Shown here in pieces: positions 21,138 through 32,563 of a stretch of 64,000 bases of DNA. The position numbers were made by a program, and so were the translations under genes. Numbering within the stretch: the stretch's first letter is position 1; each line of letters begins with the position of its first letter. The stretch covers positions 128,001-192,000 of the forward strand of contig JBKBRF010000004.1 in NCBI GenBank assembly GCA_046292385.1, read 5' to 3'. The notes below the pieces were generated by a model. That model had not been told where the DNA came from, ran no database searches, and was given only the letters and a program-made list of their open reading frames with translations. This DNA is from Armatimonadota bacterium (GTDB lineage Bacteria > Armatimonadota > SYMT01).

Positions 21138-22040
21138 TCAGGTGCGGCGCATGCGCCCGGCGAGATAGCGCGAGAGCCCGTCCGCCGGGTTTTCAGAGGT
21201 CAAAAGCCGCACCACGTCTACCTGGATCTCCCGGCAGCCGCGCTCCAGCTCGGTACAGAACTCCTGGAACTGGCGGAGGTACTCCTCGCGGATGCCGCGC
21301 GGGTCTACCAGCAGCTCCGGCTCCAGCTCCAACCCCTCGAACTTGGTCAGCTCGTCGAACGGGAACTCCACCTCGTCATCGTCCAGCACGTGAAAGACGA
21401 TCACTTCGTGCTTGCGGTAGCGGAAGTGCCGGAGTCCCTCCAGCACGTCGCGCACGTCGCCGAACAGATCTGAGAAGACGACGACCAGTCCTCGCCGCTT
21501 CAACTGCTCCGCGATCTGGTGGAAGGTGGGGGCGAGCTCCGTCTTGGGACGCGACTCGGCAGTCGCCAGCGCCTCCAGCATCTGGGTAAAGTGGCTGCCG
21601 GTCGCCTTGGGTGGGATCGTGGTCCGCACCCCTTCGTCGAAGAGCACCAGGCCCGCGGCATCCCGCTGCTGCATCAGCAGCGACGAGAACGCGGCGGCGG
21701 CGACGGAGGCGTACTCCAGCTTGTCGAGCTTGCGGTTCTTCCCGCGGTAGCGCATCGACTCGCTGGTGTCGACCATCAGCACCGCCTTCAGGTTCGTCTC
21801 TTCCTCGTACTCCTTCACGTAGTAGCGGTCGGAGCGCGCCAGGACCCGCCAGTCGATGTACCGGATCTCGTCTCCGGGCGTGTACTCGCGGTGCTGGGCA
21901 AACTCCACGCTGAAGCCGTGGTAGGGGCTCTTGTGGAGACCCGAGATGACGCCCTCCACCACCTCGCGCGCGTGGAACTCGAGGCGCGAGACGGCGCCCA
22001 GGACTTTCGGATCACCGAGTTGCTGCTGGGTGAGGGGCAT
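21138..22040 (-). CDS. DUF58 domain protein
   Basis: 'G.H.S..HGFSVEFAQHREY.PGD..R.IDWR..AR', 'VDTSESM'. Confidence 0.92.
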   Translation of the reverse strand: MPLTQQQLGDPKVLGAVSRLEFHAREVVEGVISGLHKSPYHGFSVEFAQHREYTPGDEIRYIDWRVLARSDRYYVKEYEEETNLKAVLMVDTSESMRYRGKNRKLDKLEYASVAAAAFSSLLMQQRDAAGLVLFDEGVRTTIPPKATGSHFTQMLEALATAESRPKTELAPTFHQIAEQLKRRGLVVVFSDLFGDVRDVLEGLRHFRYRKHEVIVFHVLDDDEVEFPFDELTKFEGLELEPELLVDPRGIREEYLRQFQEFCTELERGCREIQVDVVRLLTSENPADGLSRYLAGRMRRT

Positions 22041-22044
22041 CGGT

Positions 22045-23097
<1,053 letters not shown>

Positions 23098-23116
23098 ATT
23101 CAGCTCCGAGAGTGAT

Positions 23117-23233
23117 CTAGGGTCTAGCGTCCAGGGTCGAGTGGCTACGGTGGGGGGTTAGAGGTAGGTGTGTGTGCACGGCGAACCCGCCCCCACAGAC
23201 CTAAACCCTACACCCTAGACCCTAGACCCTAAC
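23117..23233. repeat. Inverted pair of heptamer arrays
   Basis: ctagggt/ctagcgt/ccagggt facing ccctaca/ccctaga/ccctaga/ccctaac. Confidence 0.65.
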
Positions 23234-23236
23234 TAA

Positions 23237-24355
23237 CTACAGTGATTGCTTGCAGTTCGCGAGGGAGATGAGCGAGTAGCCGGTCGACAGCTCGGCGCGG
23301 TTCTCCCACCAGCGCGGGTTCTGGTTGACCCAGGAGCCGTCCGGCCGCTGCCGGCGCACGATGGCGGCCGACACCTCCTGCGCCCACGGATGCTTCTTCC
23401 CACGCGAGTCGGTAACTACCTTCTGACCCCAGACATTCAACGTCTTCGTCATCGTGTGGTAGTAGTAGTAAAGCCCGTCGTCCTTCATGCGCGGGTTCTG
23501 CTCCACGTCCCAGTTCGCTCGCAGCCAGCTCCACGCCGCCTGCACGCGGGGATCGGTCTTGGAGACGTTGGCGTAGAGGTAGCTCTTCAGCCCGGCGTAG
23601 GTCATGCTGCCGTAAGAGCTGTGCGGCTGCTTGGTGTACTCGTCCGCCTTGCTCTCCCCACTGGAGGCGTAGACGAAGCCGCCGTCGTTCCCCGCCCACT
23701 GCTGATCGTTGCTCTCGGAGCGGTTCTGGCACCGCTGCAGGAACAGGATCGCCTTCTGGAAGACCTCGGAGTTCCGCGGGTAACCGGACTCCTTCAGCGC
23801 CTCCAGCGCGTTCTGCAGGTTGGAGACGTCCGGGTTGTCCGCGCGGGAGCCGTACCCGATGCCGCCGTACTGCGAGTCCTTCCGCGTGTAGCCCTCGCCT
23901 TCGTCGAACTGCGACTTCGCCAGGAACGCCTGCGCCTTGCGGATCGTCTCGCGGTGGGCCGGGTTCCGGGTGAGGTGCAGCGCGGTCAAGGCGAGCGCCG
24001 TGTTGTAGTTCGGAAGCCGCTGCGCCGGTCCGAACTGGTCGGTATAGATGGCGCCGTCCGGCTTGGCCAGGCCGGCCAGGTACTTCACCGCCTTCGCCAC
24101 CGCGGGGTCCTTTTCGGTGACGCCGTTCCGCAGGAAGCCGATCAGGCAGACCGCCGTGATGCCGGGGTACTGGCCCCAGGAGCCGTCCTGTCCCTGTTTC
24201 TGACGCAGGAACGCCAGTCCTTTACGGACCGCCTGCGCGTTCCGCTGGGAGACCGCCGCGCCGGCCGGAGCCGACTGCGCGGAGGCCGCGGAGAGCGGCA
24301 TGGAGATCGCCACGGCGCTGCAGCCGAGCGCTATCAGGGAGAAGAGACGAAGCAT
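23237..24355 (-). CDS. Secreted prenyltransferase/squalene-oxidase repeat protein
   Basis: Signal peptide; QW-type repeats (QGQDGSW, NDGGFVY, QRPDGSW); start MLRLFSL. Confidence 0.85.
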   Translation of the reverse strand: MLRLFSLIALGCSAVAISMPLSAASAQSAPAGAAVSQRNAQAVRKGLAFLRQKQGQDGSWGQYPGITAVCLIGFLRNGVTEKDPAVAKAVKYLAGLAKPDGAIYTDQFGPAQRLPNYNTALALTALHLTRNPAHRETIRKAQAFLAKSQFDEGEGYTRKDSQYGGIGYGSRADNPDVSNLQNALEALKESGYPRNSEVFQKAILFLQRCQNRSESNDQQWAGNDGGFVYASSGESKADEYTKQPHSSYGSMTYAGLKSYLYANVSKTDPRVQAAWSWLRANWDVEQNPRMKDDGLYYYYHTMTKTLNVWGQKVVTDSRGKKHPWAQEVSAAIVRRQRPDGSWVNQNPRWWENRAELSTGYSLISLANCKQSL

Positions 24356-24359
24356 GGGA

Positions 24360-25190
24360 TCAGTCCTTCGATAGTTGACGGGTGACCCGCCAGAGGCAGA
24401 GCGCCGCGAGGGCTCCGTACACCCCTGCGGTCTGCCAGACGGGTGGATAGACGTAGAAATACTCATTCGCGCTCAGATGGCGGTAGAGCCAGCCGAAGCG
24501 GAGCACGTCGGTCTCGAGCGCGCTGCCGACCGCCGTGACCGGGTTCGGGAGCAGGGCCCAGTTGATCCAGCGCTCCGGAGTTTCCATTTGACGGTAGAAC
24601 GGCTCCAGACCTGCGAGCGCCAGGATCGCCGCCGCCAGTATTAGGAGTGCCAGCGGCACCGCCAGCGCCGGATACCGCACGCGGCTGGTGAGCCAGAGCC
24701 CCAGCGCCGCGAAGGCGGCACTCTGGACCAGCAGCAGCAGGTGCGCCTGGATCGTGCCGAAGACCGGAAGCTCGTAACCGCCCAGGGCCACCGCCAGCGC
24801 CACTCCCAGTGAGAGGGCCAGCAGCGCGGTCACCGGATAGAGCACCGCGGCGAGCGCGCCGGCGGTGATCGTGAGCGGGGAGAGCCGCGTCCGGCGGTAC
24901 TCCTCCAGGTGGCCGTCCCGCTCCAGCCGGCGCCAGAGCAGCGCCCCGCGCACCGCCGCCCAGGGGAGCGCGATCACGGTTTCCGCCACCAGCGACATGC
25001 CGATCCAGCGGTCGAGCATCCGGGGCCGCAGGAAGGCGTACTCCGCCATCTCAAGCCAGTAACGCTGCAGCGCCGCGCCCGCGGCGCCCGCCACGAAGAG
25101 CAGCAGCAGGACCGCCCACGCACGGCCGCTGCTTCGCCCCAGCCGGGACGCGTGCCGTGCTACCGGGTTGTCCCAGATGCGTGCCGCCAT
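24360..25190 (-). CDS. Multi-pass membrane protein, ABC-2 permease-like
   Basis: 'WDNPV' start, 'ERDGHLE...T.LSP..I' motif, about 6 hydrophobic segments. Confidence 0.65.
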   Translation of the reverse strand: MAARIWDNPVARHASRLGRSSGRAWAVLLLLFVAGAAGAALQRYWLEMAEYAFLRPRMLDRWIGMSLVAETVIALPWAAVRGALLWRRLERDGHLEEYRRTRLSPLTITAGALAAVLYPVTALLALSLGVALAVALGGYELPVFGTIQAHLLLLVQSAAFAALGLWLTSRVRYPALAVPLALLILAAAILALAGLEPFYRQMETPERWINWALLPNPVTAVGSALETDVLRFGWLYRHLSANEYFYVYPPVWQTAGVYGALAALCLWRVTRQLSKD

Positions 25191-25292
25191 GACGTGCAGT
25201 CGAGTTACTCTCCGGTTCGGATAGGAAAAGCCGTGCCAGTTACCGCGTTAGACGAGCCCGGGCACAGGTGAGAAGCAGAGAAAACAAGGAGA

Positions 25293-26114
25293 TTACCGGC
25301 TCCCGCTCGCCGTCTTCGCGGCGCCCGCGGGCCGGGGCGCAAACGTCACGGTCACCGGAGTCTCGAATTTGGGGCAGATCCGCTCGTTCACCTTGTAGAG
25401 CGAGTCGTCCGTCCCTCCCGGCAGCCCGTTGTTCACGATCGCCGCCGGGTCCCGGTAGGTCGCGATCAGCGAGAGCTCCTCATCCGCCACGAACTGCCCG
25501 TCCCGCACGATGGAGCCGCTGAAGATCCACGGCCCGCGCTGCAGCGGCCGCTTTCGCTCCAGGTCCCAGACCAGGTCTTCCGCGTGCACCTTCACGCTGC
25601 GCCCGTCTCGCTTCCAGGAGACGAAGACGTCGACCGGCGAGCCCTGCGGCGGCTTCTCGTCGCCCTGCACGTCGATCCCGCCCTTCGGCTCCAGCCCGAG
25701 CAGGATCAGGCCGATCTGCAGGTGGAGCGGCCGCACGTCGAGCGAGAGCACGCTTTCGTGGAGCTTGCCGCCGGGCGCCACCGCCAGGTACTCGATGGTG
25801 CTCCGGTCCATGTTCACCTTGCCGCTGCAGGTAGCGGTGCGGCTCTTCAGGTCGACCTTCAGCTTGCCCACCTGGTAGAGGTCGTCCCCGATCTTCCGCG
25901 CGGGCGACTCTTCGGCTCCGGGAGCGCTCGTCACGGCGGCGGCCATTCCGGACCCAAAGCACGGCGGCCGGTTGAACGCCGAGACCCCGAGGAGCCCCAC
26001 CACCGCCGCGGTCGCAAGCCACCACCGGGGCGCGGGTAGATAAGGGGCGACTGGAGCGAGTGGGCGGCGAAGCATCGTCATGCGAGCGGAGGAGCCTTTC
26101 GGGTGCTGAGCCAC
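25293..26114 (-). CDS. YdjY-like domain protein
   Basis: 'IEYLAV..GGK.HESVL', 'L..GLILLGL..', 'WIFSGS' pattern; N-terminal TM. Confidence 0.6.
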   Translation of the reverse strand: MAQHPKGSSARMTMLRRPLAPVAPYLPAPRWWLATAAVVGLLGVSAFNRPPCFGSGMAAAVTSAPGAEESPARKIGDDLYQVGKLKVDLKSRTATCSGKVNMDRSTIEYLAVAPGGKLHESVLSLDVRPLHLQIGLILLGLEPKGGIDVQGDEKPPQGSPVDVFVSWKRDGRSVKVHAEDLVWDLERKRPLQRGPWIFSGSIVRDGQFVADEELSLIATYRDPAAIVNNGLPGGTDDSLYKVNERICPKFETPVTVTFAPRPAGAAKTASGSR

Positions 26115-26117
26115 TTT

Positions 26118-27305
26118 TTATTCCCGCATCAGGCGCGTGTCAACCCAATCGGCGTGATCGGCCGCGTCGCCGTTGTCGGCGTAGTCCACCTCCAGGCGCA
26201 GCAGCAGCACTCCCTTGAGCGGCACCTCTACCGGCAGCGGCGCATCGCCGCCGCGCACGATCGGGCTCTCCCAGAGCAGCTTGTCGTCGCCGAACACCCG
26301 GTAGACGACGCTGCCGCCGCGGCCGACCTCATCGTCGATCCCGACGAGCGAGACGAGCTTCGCGAAGCTGCCGTCGAGCGTGTACGTCACCTGGCTGCGG
26401 CTCCGCATCCCGAGCCCGCGGGTGTAGGTGCGCCCCCGGAGACGCAGCGGCCGGCCGGAGGCAGACTGGTTCTGCCGGATGGTGAAGGCACCGTCGAGAT
26501 AGGGGATGGTCCGCGACTCGCTCGGCTCCAGGTCGGAGACGTAGACGAGCTTTCCGTTCCGGACCTCCAGCGCCGTGAGGGAGGCGAGCGGCAGCTCCAG
26601 CTCCGCGCCCCAGTCCAGCTTCACGGTGAGCGACTGCTCCCCGAGCTTGACGAACGTGCCCGTGAGACGGTCTCCGCCCCCAAGGTCGAGCGACAGCACC
26701 ACCCCGGTCCGCGGAGGGGCCGCCGCTTCCGCGCGCGGCGCCAGCGCGATCGCCTGCACGCGCTCGATCGGCACGGGAATCGGGCCGCCGCCCGGGTCGA
26801 TGCTCACCTTATCCGCGGCGATCCCCTGCAGCTCGCCCTGTACGCGGTCGTTCGCGAGGATCACGGTGTCCTTACCCACCGGTCCGGGCAGCGCCGCCTT
26901 CTCCTGCAGCCGAAGCGCGGAGACGCGGGGGAGGGGGATCGTGATCTCGCCCCAGCCGGCCGAAACCTTCACCTGGCGCGCCGCCGGGAACGAGAGCTTT
27001 CCGAAGACCCGGTCGCCGTTCGCCAGGCGGACCGTCGGCGTGATGGTGCGGCCCGCGACCTTCCCGAAGCTGACCTGCACCAGGTCCTTTACGGAGACGG
27101 TCAGCGGCTCTCCCTCGGAGGGGGTGAGCACGATCTGCTCCGCCGTGGCGCCCGGTTTCAGGTCGACGCCCGTGACCGTCTTCCCGTCGGCGAGCAGCAC
27201 CGAGGCGTCTCCCGCCCACGCGGGGCCGGCGAGAAGCGAGCTGAGAAGCAGGATGCCGCCGACGAGAGCGCCGGGCATGCGGGGGGATGTGGGAAGCCTG
27301 AACAA
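26118..27305 (-). CDS. Secreted NPCBM/NEW2 domain protein
   Basis: C-terminal 'YVSDL...G.PLRL.G..Y.RGLG...VGIDD...GSV.YRV.GD...DHADW'. Confidence 0.85.
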   Translation of the reverse strand: MFRLPTSPRMPGALVGGILLLSSLLAGPAWAGDASVLLADGKTVTGVDLKPGATAEQIVLTPSEGEPLTVSVKDLVQVSFGKVAGRTITPTVRLANGDRVFGKLSFPAARQVKVSAGWGEITIPLPRVSALRLQEKAALPGPVGKDTVILANDRVQGELQGIAADKVSIDPGGGPIPVPIERVQAIALAPRAEAAAPPRTGVVLSLDLGGGDRLTGTFVKLGEQSLTVKLDWGAELELPLASLTALEVRNGKLVYVSDLEPSESRTIPYLDGAFTIRQNQSASGRPLRLRGRTYTRGLGMRSRSQVTYTLDGSFAKLVSLVGIDDEVGRGGSVVYRVFGDDKLLWESPIVRGGDAPLPVEVPLKGVLLLRLEVDYADNGDAADHADWVDTRLMRE

Positions 27306-27337
27306 CTGAACCGCCTTTATTGCTTCCGGTCTGTTTT

Positions 27338-27423
27338 CAAGTTCCAGGTCGACAGGTTTCAGGTTCCGAGCCCCGCCTCCGGCGGCCCCAACCTGCAGCC
27401 TGCTAACGTGCTCACCTGCAACA
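27338..27423. repeat. Inverted 7/8-mer arrays (CAGGTT../..AACCTG)
   Basis: ccaggtc, acaggttt, caggttcc facing caacctg, cagcctg, ctaacgtg, ctcacctg; same family as 46214-46297. Confidence 0.55.
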
Positions 27424-27430
27424 CGACCGG

Positions 27431-28573
27431 CTATTTCTGGTAGATCGGGAGGAGCGCGGCCGGAACCTGGAGCGCCAGGACCCCCATCGCGGTGGCGTAG
27501 GCATAGCCCGGGCCGTCATACCAGCTTCCGTCCGGCCGCTGGGTGGAGACGAGGTGGTCCGCCAGCTTGGGGAACCAGTAGCGCCAGTACTTATCGCCCG
27601 CCTGGTACATCGCCTGGGTGCAGTAATAGTGGGCGTAAAAGGTGTGCCCGTCCCGGGTGGTGGGGCTGCGAGCCATCAGGTAGGAGAGGCCGCGCTTGCA
27701 CTCCGGCGCGTTCCGCTCGCCCATCACGATCAGCGAGAGCACGCCGGCGCCGGTTCGCGCCAGGCCGGAGCCCTTCTGGTTGGTCATGTAGCTGAAGCCG
27801 CCGTCGTCGTTGTTCTGGCAGCGCTTCACGTATTCGATCGCGCGGGCGGTGGTGTCCTTGGGCACCCGCACGCCGGCGTTGGCGGCCGCCCGCAGCGCCA
27901 TGATCTGGCAGATCACCACGCTGATGTCGGCATCCGCCACGCGCGGCTGGTAGCGCCAGCCGCCTTCCGCGTTCTGCGTGCGGAGGATCAGCGCCACCGC
28001 GTTCTCCAGCTTGTCCCGCAGGTCGCCGCGGCGGGTCATGCCGTACAGCTCCGCCAGGGCGAGCGTGGCGAAGCCGTGCCCGTACATCGGGGGACCCGCC
28101 TGGGCCTGCGCATTGAAGATCAGCCCGGTCCGCTGCGCGTTATTGGCGAGGTAGTCGGCCGCCTTCCGGAGCACCTGCCCGTAGGGCCCGCGGTCCGGCT
28201 GGTGCCCCGCAGCCATGAAGGCGAGGGAGCAGAGCCCGACGATCCCGACGTCCGAGCTGTAGCGGGAGTCGCCCCAGGAGCCGTCGGCGTTCTGCTGCTC
28301 CGCCAGGTACTTGAGCGCCTTCTTTGCCGCCGCCTCGGTCTTCGGCGTGCCGAGATACTCCCGCGCTTCGGCGTCGAGCCCGCCCCGTTCCTGCAGCGTA
28401 AAGCCGCTCCCGGAGATGTTCTTCCCGGAGCCGGCCTTCGGCTTGGGCGCCGGCTTCTGGGCCGGCTTGCGCTGCGCGAACGAGCTCGCCCCCGCCAGCA
28501 GCGAAGCCGCCGCAAAGCCCGCGATGAGGAGTGTGCCGATCCCTCGCTGTGCCATCTTCCCGTTTCGTCTCAT
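27431..28573 (-). CDS. Secreted prenyltransferase/squalene-oxidase repeat protein
   Basis: QQNADGSW, MYGHGFATLALAE, QNAEGGWRY, DDGGFSY, QRPDGSW, 'LPIYQK' end; start uncertain. Confidence 0.88.
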   Translation of the reverse strand: MRRNGKMAQRGIGTLLIAGFAAASLLAGASSFAQRKPAQKPAPKPKAGSGKNISGSGFTLQERGGLDAEAREYLGTPKTEAAAKKALKYLAEQQNADGSWGDSRYSSDVGIVGLCSLAFMAAGHQPDRGPYGQVLRKAADYLANNAQRTGLIFNAQAQAGPPMYGHGFATLALAELYGMTRRGDLRDKLENAVALILRTQNAEGGWRYQPRVADADISVVICQIMALRAAANAGVRVPKDTTARAIEYVKRCQNNDDGGFSYMTNQKGSGLARTGAGVLSLIVMGERNAPECKRGLSYLMARSPTTRDGHTFYAHYYCTQAMYQAGDKYWRYWFPKLADHLVSTQRPDGSWYDGPGYAYATAMGVLALQVPAALLPIYQK

Positions 28574-28654
28574 CCGCACGCCTGCGCGCCAAATCCCATG
28601 TCTGCCCAGGATCAGGAGTAGCTGCAGCCGGGGCGCGCCCCGCCTTCGGACCAG

Positions 28655-28682
28655 CTACACCCTACACCCTACACCCTACACC
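28655..28682. repeat. Perfect heptamer tandem (CTACACC)x4
   Basis: Directly visible in the intergenic sequence. Confidence 0.85.
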
Positions 28683-28696
28683 CCGGGGCGAAGCCC

Positions 28697-31600
28697 CTAC
28701 TTCCGTCCATCCTTCGAGAGCCCGCTGTAGTAGCGCTGGATCAGGTCCTGGTATTCCGCCGGGATCTTCTCCTTGTACCCCTGCCGGAGCGCGTCCTGGC
28801 TGCGCGGGTCGAGGCCGGCGAAGCCGCGGTTGGTCGGGTCGTAGCCGGCCTGGGGACCGCCCTGGAGGCCGGTGCGGCGCTGGAGCGACCGCAGCGCGGG
28901 GGAGTTGCCCTGCTGGGCCTGGCCGGGTGAGGGTTGGCCCTGTCCCGCCTGCTGCTCTTGCTGCCCCTGCTGGCGGCCGGCCTGCTGCTGACGCTGCTGC
29001 TGCTGGCGCTGCTGCTGCTGTTGGCGGGCCATCTGCTGGGTCAGCTTCAGCGCCTCGCTCAGCTTGATGATCGCCTGCGACTCCTGCTCCTGCACCGGCT
29101 CGCCGGACTGCGACCGGTCGAGGCCGCGCTTCGCCTCCGACATGTGACCGCTCGCGGCCTTGATCCGGGAGGAGATCTGTCCGTTCCGCTTCAGGGCTTC
29201 CGCCACCTCGTCGGCGAACTTCCGCGCTTCCTCCTGCTGCCGCGCCGCTTCCGCGATCTGGTCCTTCTGGGCCGGCGTCAGCTCGTCGCCGCTGCGGTTG
29301 TCGTCGACGTCCTGGGTCTGCGCGCGGATGCCCTGCTCCATGAACCGGAGCAGGCGGATCTCCGCCAGGCGGCGCTGGATCTCCTTGTCGTCCTGCTGCT
29401 GCTGCTGGCCGCCCTGCTGCTGGCCGCCCTGCTGCTGGCCGCCGCCATCCTGCTCGTCGTTATCGTCCGGGTTGGGATCGAGCGCGTTCTTGAGCTGCTC
29501 CAGCAGGGAGGCCGCGCGGCCCTGCGCCTGCTGGGTCGGGTTCGCGCCCGCGTTGCCCTGCTCCAGGCCCTGCTTGGCGCGCTCCATCTGCCGGCGGGCC
29601 TGCCGGGAGAAGCTCTTGAAGACGTCGCTGGGCAGCTCCGCCTCCAGCTTCTGGGTGTCTGCCTCCAGGTCGCGCTGCTGCGCGGGGAGCTCGCCGAGCT
29701 GGCGGGTCGCTTCCGCCTGGCGGGTGCCCTGCTGGATCGCCTTCTGCCGCGCCACGAGCTGTTCCAGCGACTTCCGCAGCTCCGCGAACGGGTCCTGCCG
29801 CTCCTGTCCCTGGGCTTCCGCCTGCGCCTGCTGCAGGCTCTCCATGGCGCGCCGCATCGCCTGCATCGCCCGCTGCTGCTGCTGCTGGGCCTGCTGCTGG
29901 CCGTTCTGGCCCTGGCTCAGCGACTGGCTCGCCTGCTGGCTCTGCTCCCCCGCCTGCTCCAGCTGCTGCGCCGCGCGGCCGGCGGAGGGAGTCTGCCGCT
30001 GCAGCCGCTGGAGCTGCCGCGCCAGGCTGCGCGCCTCCCGCTCGATCTCCCGCTGGCGCTGCGCCAGCTCGGCGCGCTGCTGCGGCGACATGAGCTGCCG
30101 CGCCTGCTGCTGCGCCTCCTGCTGCTGGGTCATCAGCCGCTGCAGCCGGCGCGACGCCTGGCGGAGCTGCCGCTGCACGTTGCGCGGGTCGTTCGGATCG
30201 GCGGCGCTGCGGAGCTGCTCCGCCGCCTGCTCCAGCGCCTCCGCCGCCTGCTGCTGCTGGGAGTTCGCCTGGCCCAGCGAGTTCCGGCTGGCGTTCTGCG
30301 CCGCCTGGCTCTGCTGCTCCGTCACGCCGCTGCGCTGGAGGTCCTGCGCCGTCTCCCGCGCCGCTTCCGCCTGCGCCCCGTTCGCGCTGCGCATCGCCTC
30401 GGCGGCGCGCTGCAGGTCCTGGAGCGCCTCGGCCGTGGCGCGCTGGAGGTTCGCCTGCTGCTGCGCGTTCTCCTGAAGCTGCGCGCGCTGCTCGGCCGAA
30501 AGCTCGCTCATCTCCCGGCCGAGGGTCTGCGGCAGCATCTTGCGCGTCTCCGCCTGGAGCTGGCGCTGCTGCTGCGCGAGCCGCTCGAACCGCTGAGCCA
30601 TCCGCTGCAGCTCGCTGCCGGGGCGGAGGAGCTGCTCGATCTTCTGCAGCTCCTGCTGGATCTGCTGCTGCTCGCCGGACGCCTGCGAGAGCTCGGAGCG
30701 AGCCTGCTGCGCGTTCGACTGCGCCTGGGCCTGCGCGCTGCCGATCCGGTTGGCGGCTTGCGGCACCTGGTTCTTCGAGAGCTGGTCGAGCCGCTGCTGC
30801 GCGTTCTGCTGCGACTGCACGTCTGCCTGCGGCGCCAGGTTGTTCGTCTCCGCCATGCGGCGCAGGTCCTGGACCCGCCGCGCGAGATCGGCTGCCGTGA
30901 AGCCGACGGAGCGCTGCCGCTCTTCCGCGGAGGCGAGCGCGTCGGCGTTCGGCGCGCCGCGGCGCCGCTCGGCTTCCACCTCGGCGCGGCTGCCCTTCTG
31001 CTCCTTCTGCAGCTCGCGCAGCGCCGCCAGGATCTCAGCCCGCTGCTCCTCGTACCGGCGGTTCGCCTCCGCCTCGTCGATGATCCGGAGCTGGAACTCG
31101 CCGGTCTTCCCGACGTGCGGCCCGTTCAAGTTGTCGTAGTCGAGCGCCTCCGCGCGGTAGCGCACCAGGTCGCCCGGCTTGAGATTCAGCGCCCCGAGCT
31201 CCCAGAGGCTGGTCAGCTCGAGCTGCTTCTCGCGCCGCCCGCCTTGACCCGCCGGCATCGACCGGGAGGCGCCCTCGCCGACCCGGTAGGGGACTCGCAC
31301 TGTCGCGATGCCGTAGTCGTCTTTCGCCGTGATCACCAGCTTGATGCGGGCGTTGGGGACGACGTCGAGGTCCCCGGCGGGGTCGAGAAGCTGGACTTCC
31401 GGCGTCTGGTCGCGGATCGCCTTGATCGGAAACGTCTGCGGCTCGGGAGCGAAGAAACCGTCGGTGTCTTTCAGCCGCAGCGCGTAGTGGCCGTTGTCCT
31501 TGACGGTGAGCGCGCCGGCGACGGTGTCGCCCTTCACGCTCCAGGGGGCCGGCTTCGCCTTCGGCAGCGTCGCCTCCGCAATCTCCAGCGGCTTGTTCGC

Positions 31601-32563
31601 CTTCAGCTCCAGCTCCACGAGCGTCCCGACCGGCGCGGCCACCCCGCCGGAGTCGGAGCTTACCGTCTCCGCCGGGCGCGCCATGTACTCCGGGAAGGTG
31701 AGCTTCAGCTTCGCGCCGATCACCGCCGCCGGGTCGACCACCACCACCTCACCCTGGTCGGTAATCCCGTCGCCGGCGGTTGCGTAGTACTCCATCCGCT
31801 CCGTGAGCGAGGCGAAGCGGTGCTCGAACGGCTGTCCCATCCCGCTCTTCAGCGCTACCGACTGCCACGCGCCGCCGTTGAAGCGGAAGTGGAGCCGGCC
31901 GCGGTCGACCGACTTTCCTTCCTGGCTCACGTTCAGCTCGAAGTCAGTGCCGCGGAGGAGCTTGGCGCTGAGCGGGGAGACCTGGATCCGGGTGTCCCGC
32001 CAGACCGGCGTGTTCATGAGCGCCATGCGCTGCAGGAAGGCGGAGAAGGCCGGCCCCGCCGCCACCACGTGGAGCAGGAGCGCCAGGAGCACGACTCCGA
32101 GGCCGGTGGCCGACCGCATCAGCCCGGTCCGCGCGAACGCCGCCTGGAAGTTGAGCCCCCCGGCCTCCTGCTCCGCCTCTCGCTCCAGGTCGTGCAGCAG
32201 CGCCGCGGACATTCCCTGGCGCTGCTCCGGGGTGAGGCCGCGGAACTCCACCGCGGAGAGGAGCCGCTCGCGGAGCTGCGGGTACTTCCGTTCGACGAGG
32301 ACCGCGATCTCCTCCGGGCTGCGCCGCTGCAGCAGCGGCCGCAGGATCAGGAAGAGGAAGAGGCCGGAGAAGAGGACGCCCAGCACGGCCCACACCGCCA
32401 GCCGGACCCGCATGGGGAAGACGAGCCAGCGGTCCAGATGGAAGCAGACGAGGAACGCGGCGAGCAGGACCGCGGTGGTCCACAGGGTTCCTTCGGCGGC
32501 CAGGAGCGCGCGCCAGTAACTGCGGGCACGGTCCAGCCTGGCGTTCAGCGCCATCTGGGTCAT
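28697..32563 (-). CDS. Large membrane-anchored Gln-rich coiled-coil protein (DUF4175-like)
   Basis: 3 N-terminal TMs, 'ERLLSAVEF', Ig-like region 'D.TPEV...AKDDYG', long Q-rich helices, 'P.EY..LI..YY..L' end. Confidence 0.85.
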   Translation of the reverse strand: MTQMALNARLDRARSYWRALLAAEGTLWTTAVLLAAFLVCFHLDRWLVFPMRVRLAVWAVLGVLFSGLFLFLILRPLLQRRSPEEIAVLVERKYPQLRERLLSAVEFRGLTPEQRQGMSAALLHDLEREAEQEAGGLNFQAAFARTGLMRSATGLGVVLLALLLHVVAAGPAFSAFLQRMALMNTPVWRDTRIQVSPLSAKLLRGTDFELNVSQEGKSVDRGRLHFRFNGGAWQSVALKSGMGQPFEHRFASLTERMEYYATAGDGITDQGEVVVVDPAAVIGAKLKLTFPEYMARPAETVSSDSGGVAAPVGTLVELELKANKPLEIAEATLPKAKPAPWSVKGDTVAGALTVKDNGHYALRLKDTDGFFAPEPQTFPIKAIRDQTPEVQLLDPAGDLDVVPNARIKLVITAKDDYGIATVRVPYRVGEGASRSMPAGQGGRREKQLELTSLWELGALNLKPGDLVRYRAEALDYDNLNGPHVGKTGEFQLRIIDEAEANRRYEEQRAEILAALRELQKEQKGSRAEVEAERRRGAPNADALASAEERQRSVGFTAADLARRVQDLRRMAETNNLAPQADVQSQQNAQQRLDQLSKNQVPQAANRIGSAQAQAQSNAQQARSELSQASGEQQQIQQELQKIEQLLRPGSELQRMAQRFERLAQQQRQLQAETRKMLPQTLGREMSELSAEQRAQLQENAQQQANLQRATAEALQDLQRAAEAMRSANGAQAEAARETAQDLQRSGVTEQQSQAAQNASRNSLGQANSQQQQAAEALEQAAEQLRSAADPNDPRNVQRQLRQASRRLQRLMTQQQEAQQQARQLMSPQQRAELAQRQREIEREARSLARQLQRLQRQTPSAGRAAQQLEQAGEQSQQASQSLSQGQNGQQQAQQQQQRAMQAMRRAMESLQQAQAEAQGQERQDPFAELRKSLEQLVARQKAIQQGTRQAEATRQLGELPAQQRDLEADTQKLEAELPSDVFKSFSRQARRQMERAKQGLEQGNAGANPTQQAQGRAASLLEQLKNALDPNPDDNDEQDGGGQQQGGQQQGGQQQQQDDKEIQRRLAEIRLLRFMEQGIRAQTQDVDDNRSGDELTPAQKDQIAEAARQQEEARKFADEVAEALKRNGQISSRIKAASGHMSEAKRGLDRSQSGEPVQEQESQAIIKLSEALKLTQQMARQQQQQRQQQQRQQQAGRQQGQQEQQAGQGQPSPGQAQQGNSPALRSLQRRTGLQGGPQAGYDPTNRGFAGLDPRSQDALRQGYKEKIPAEYQDLIQRYYSGLSKDGRK

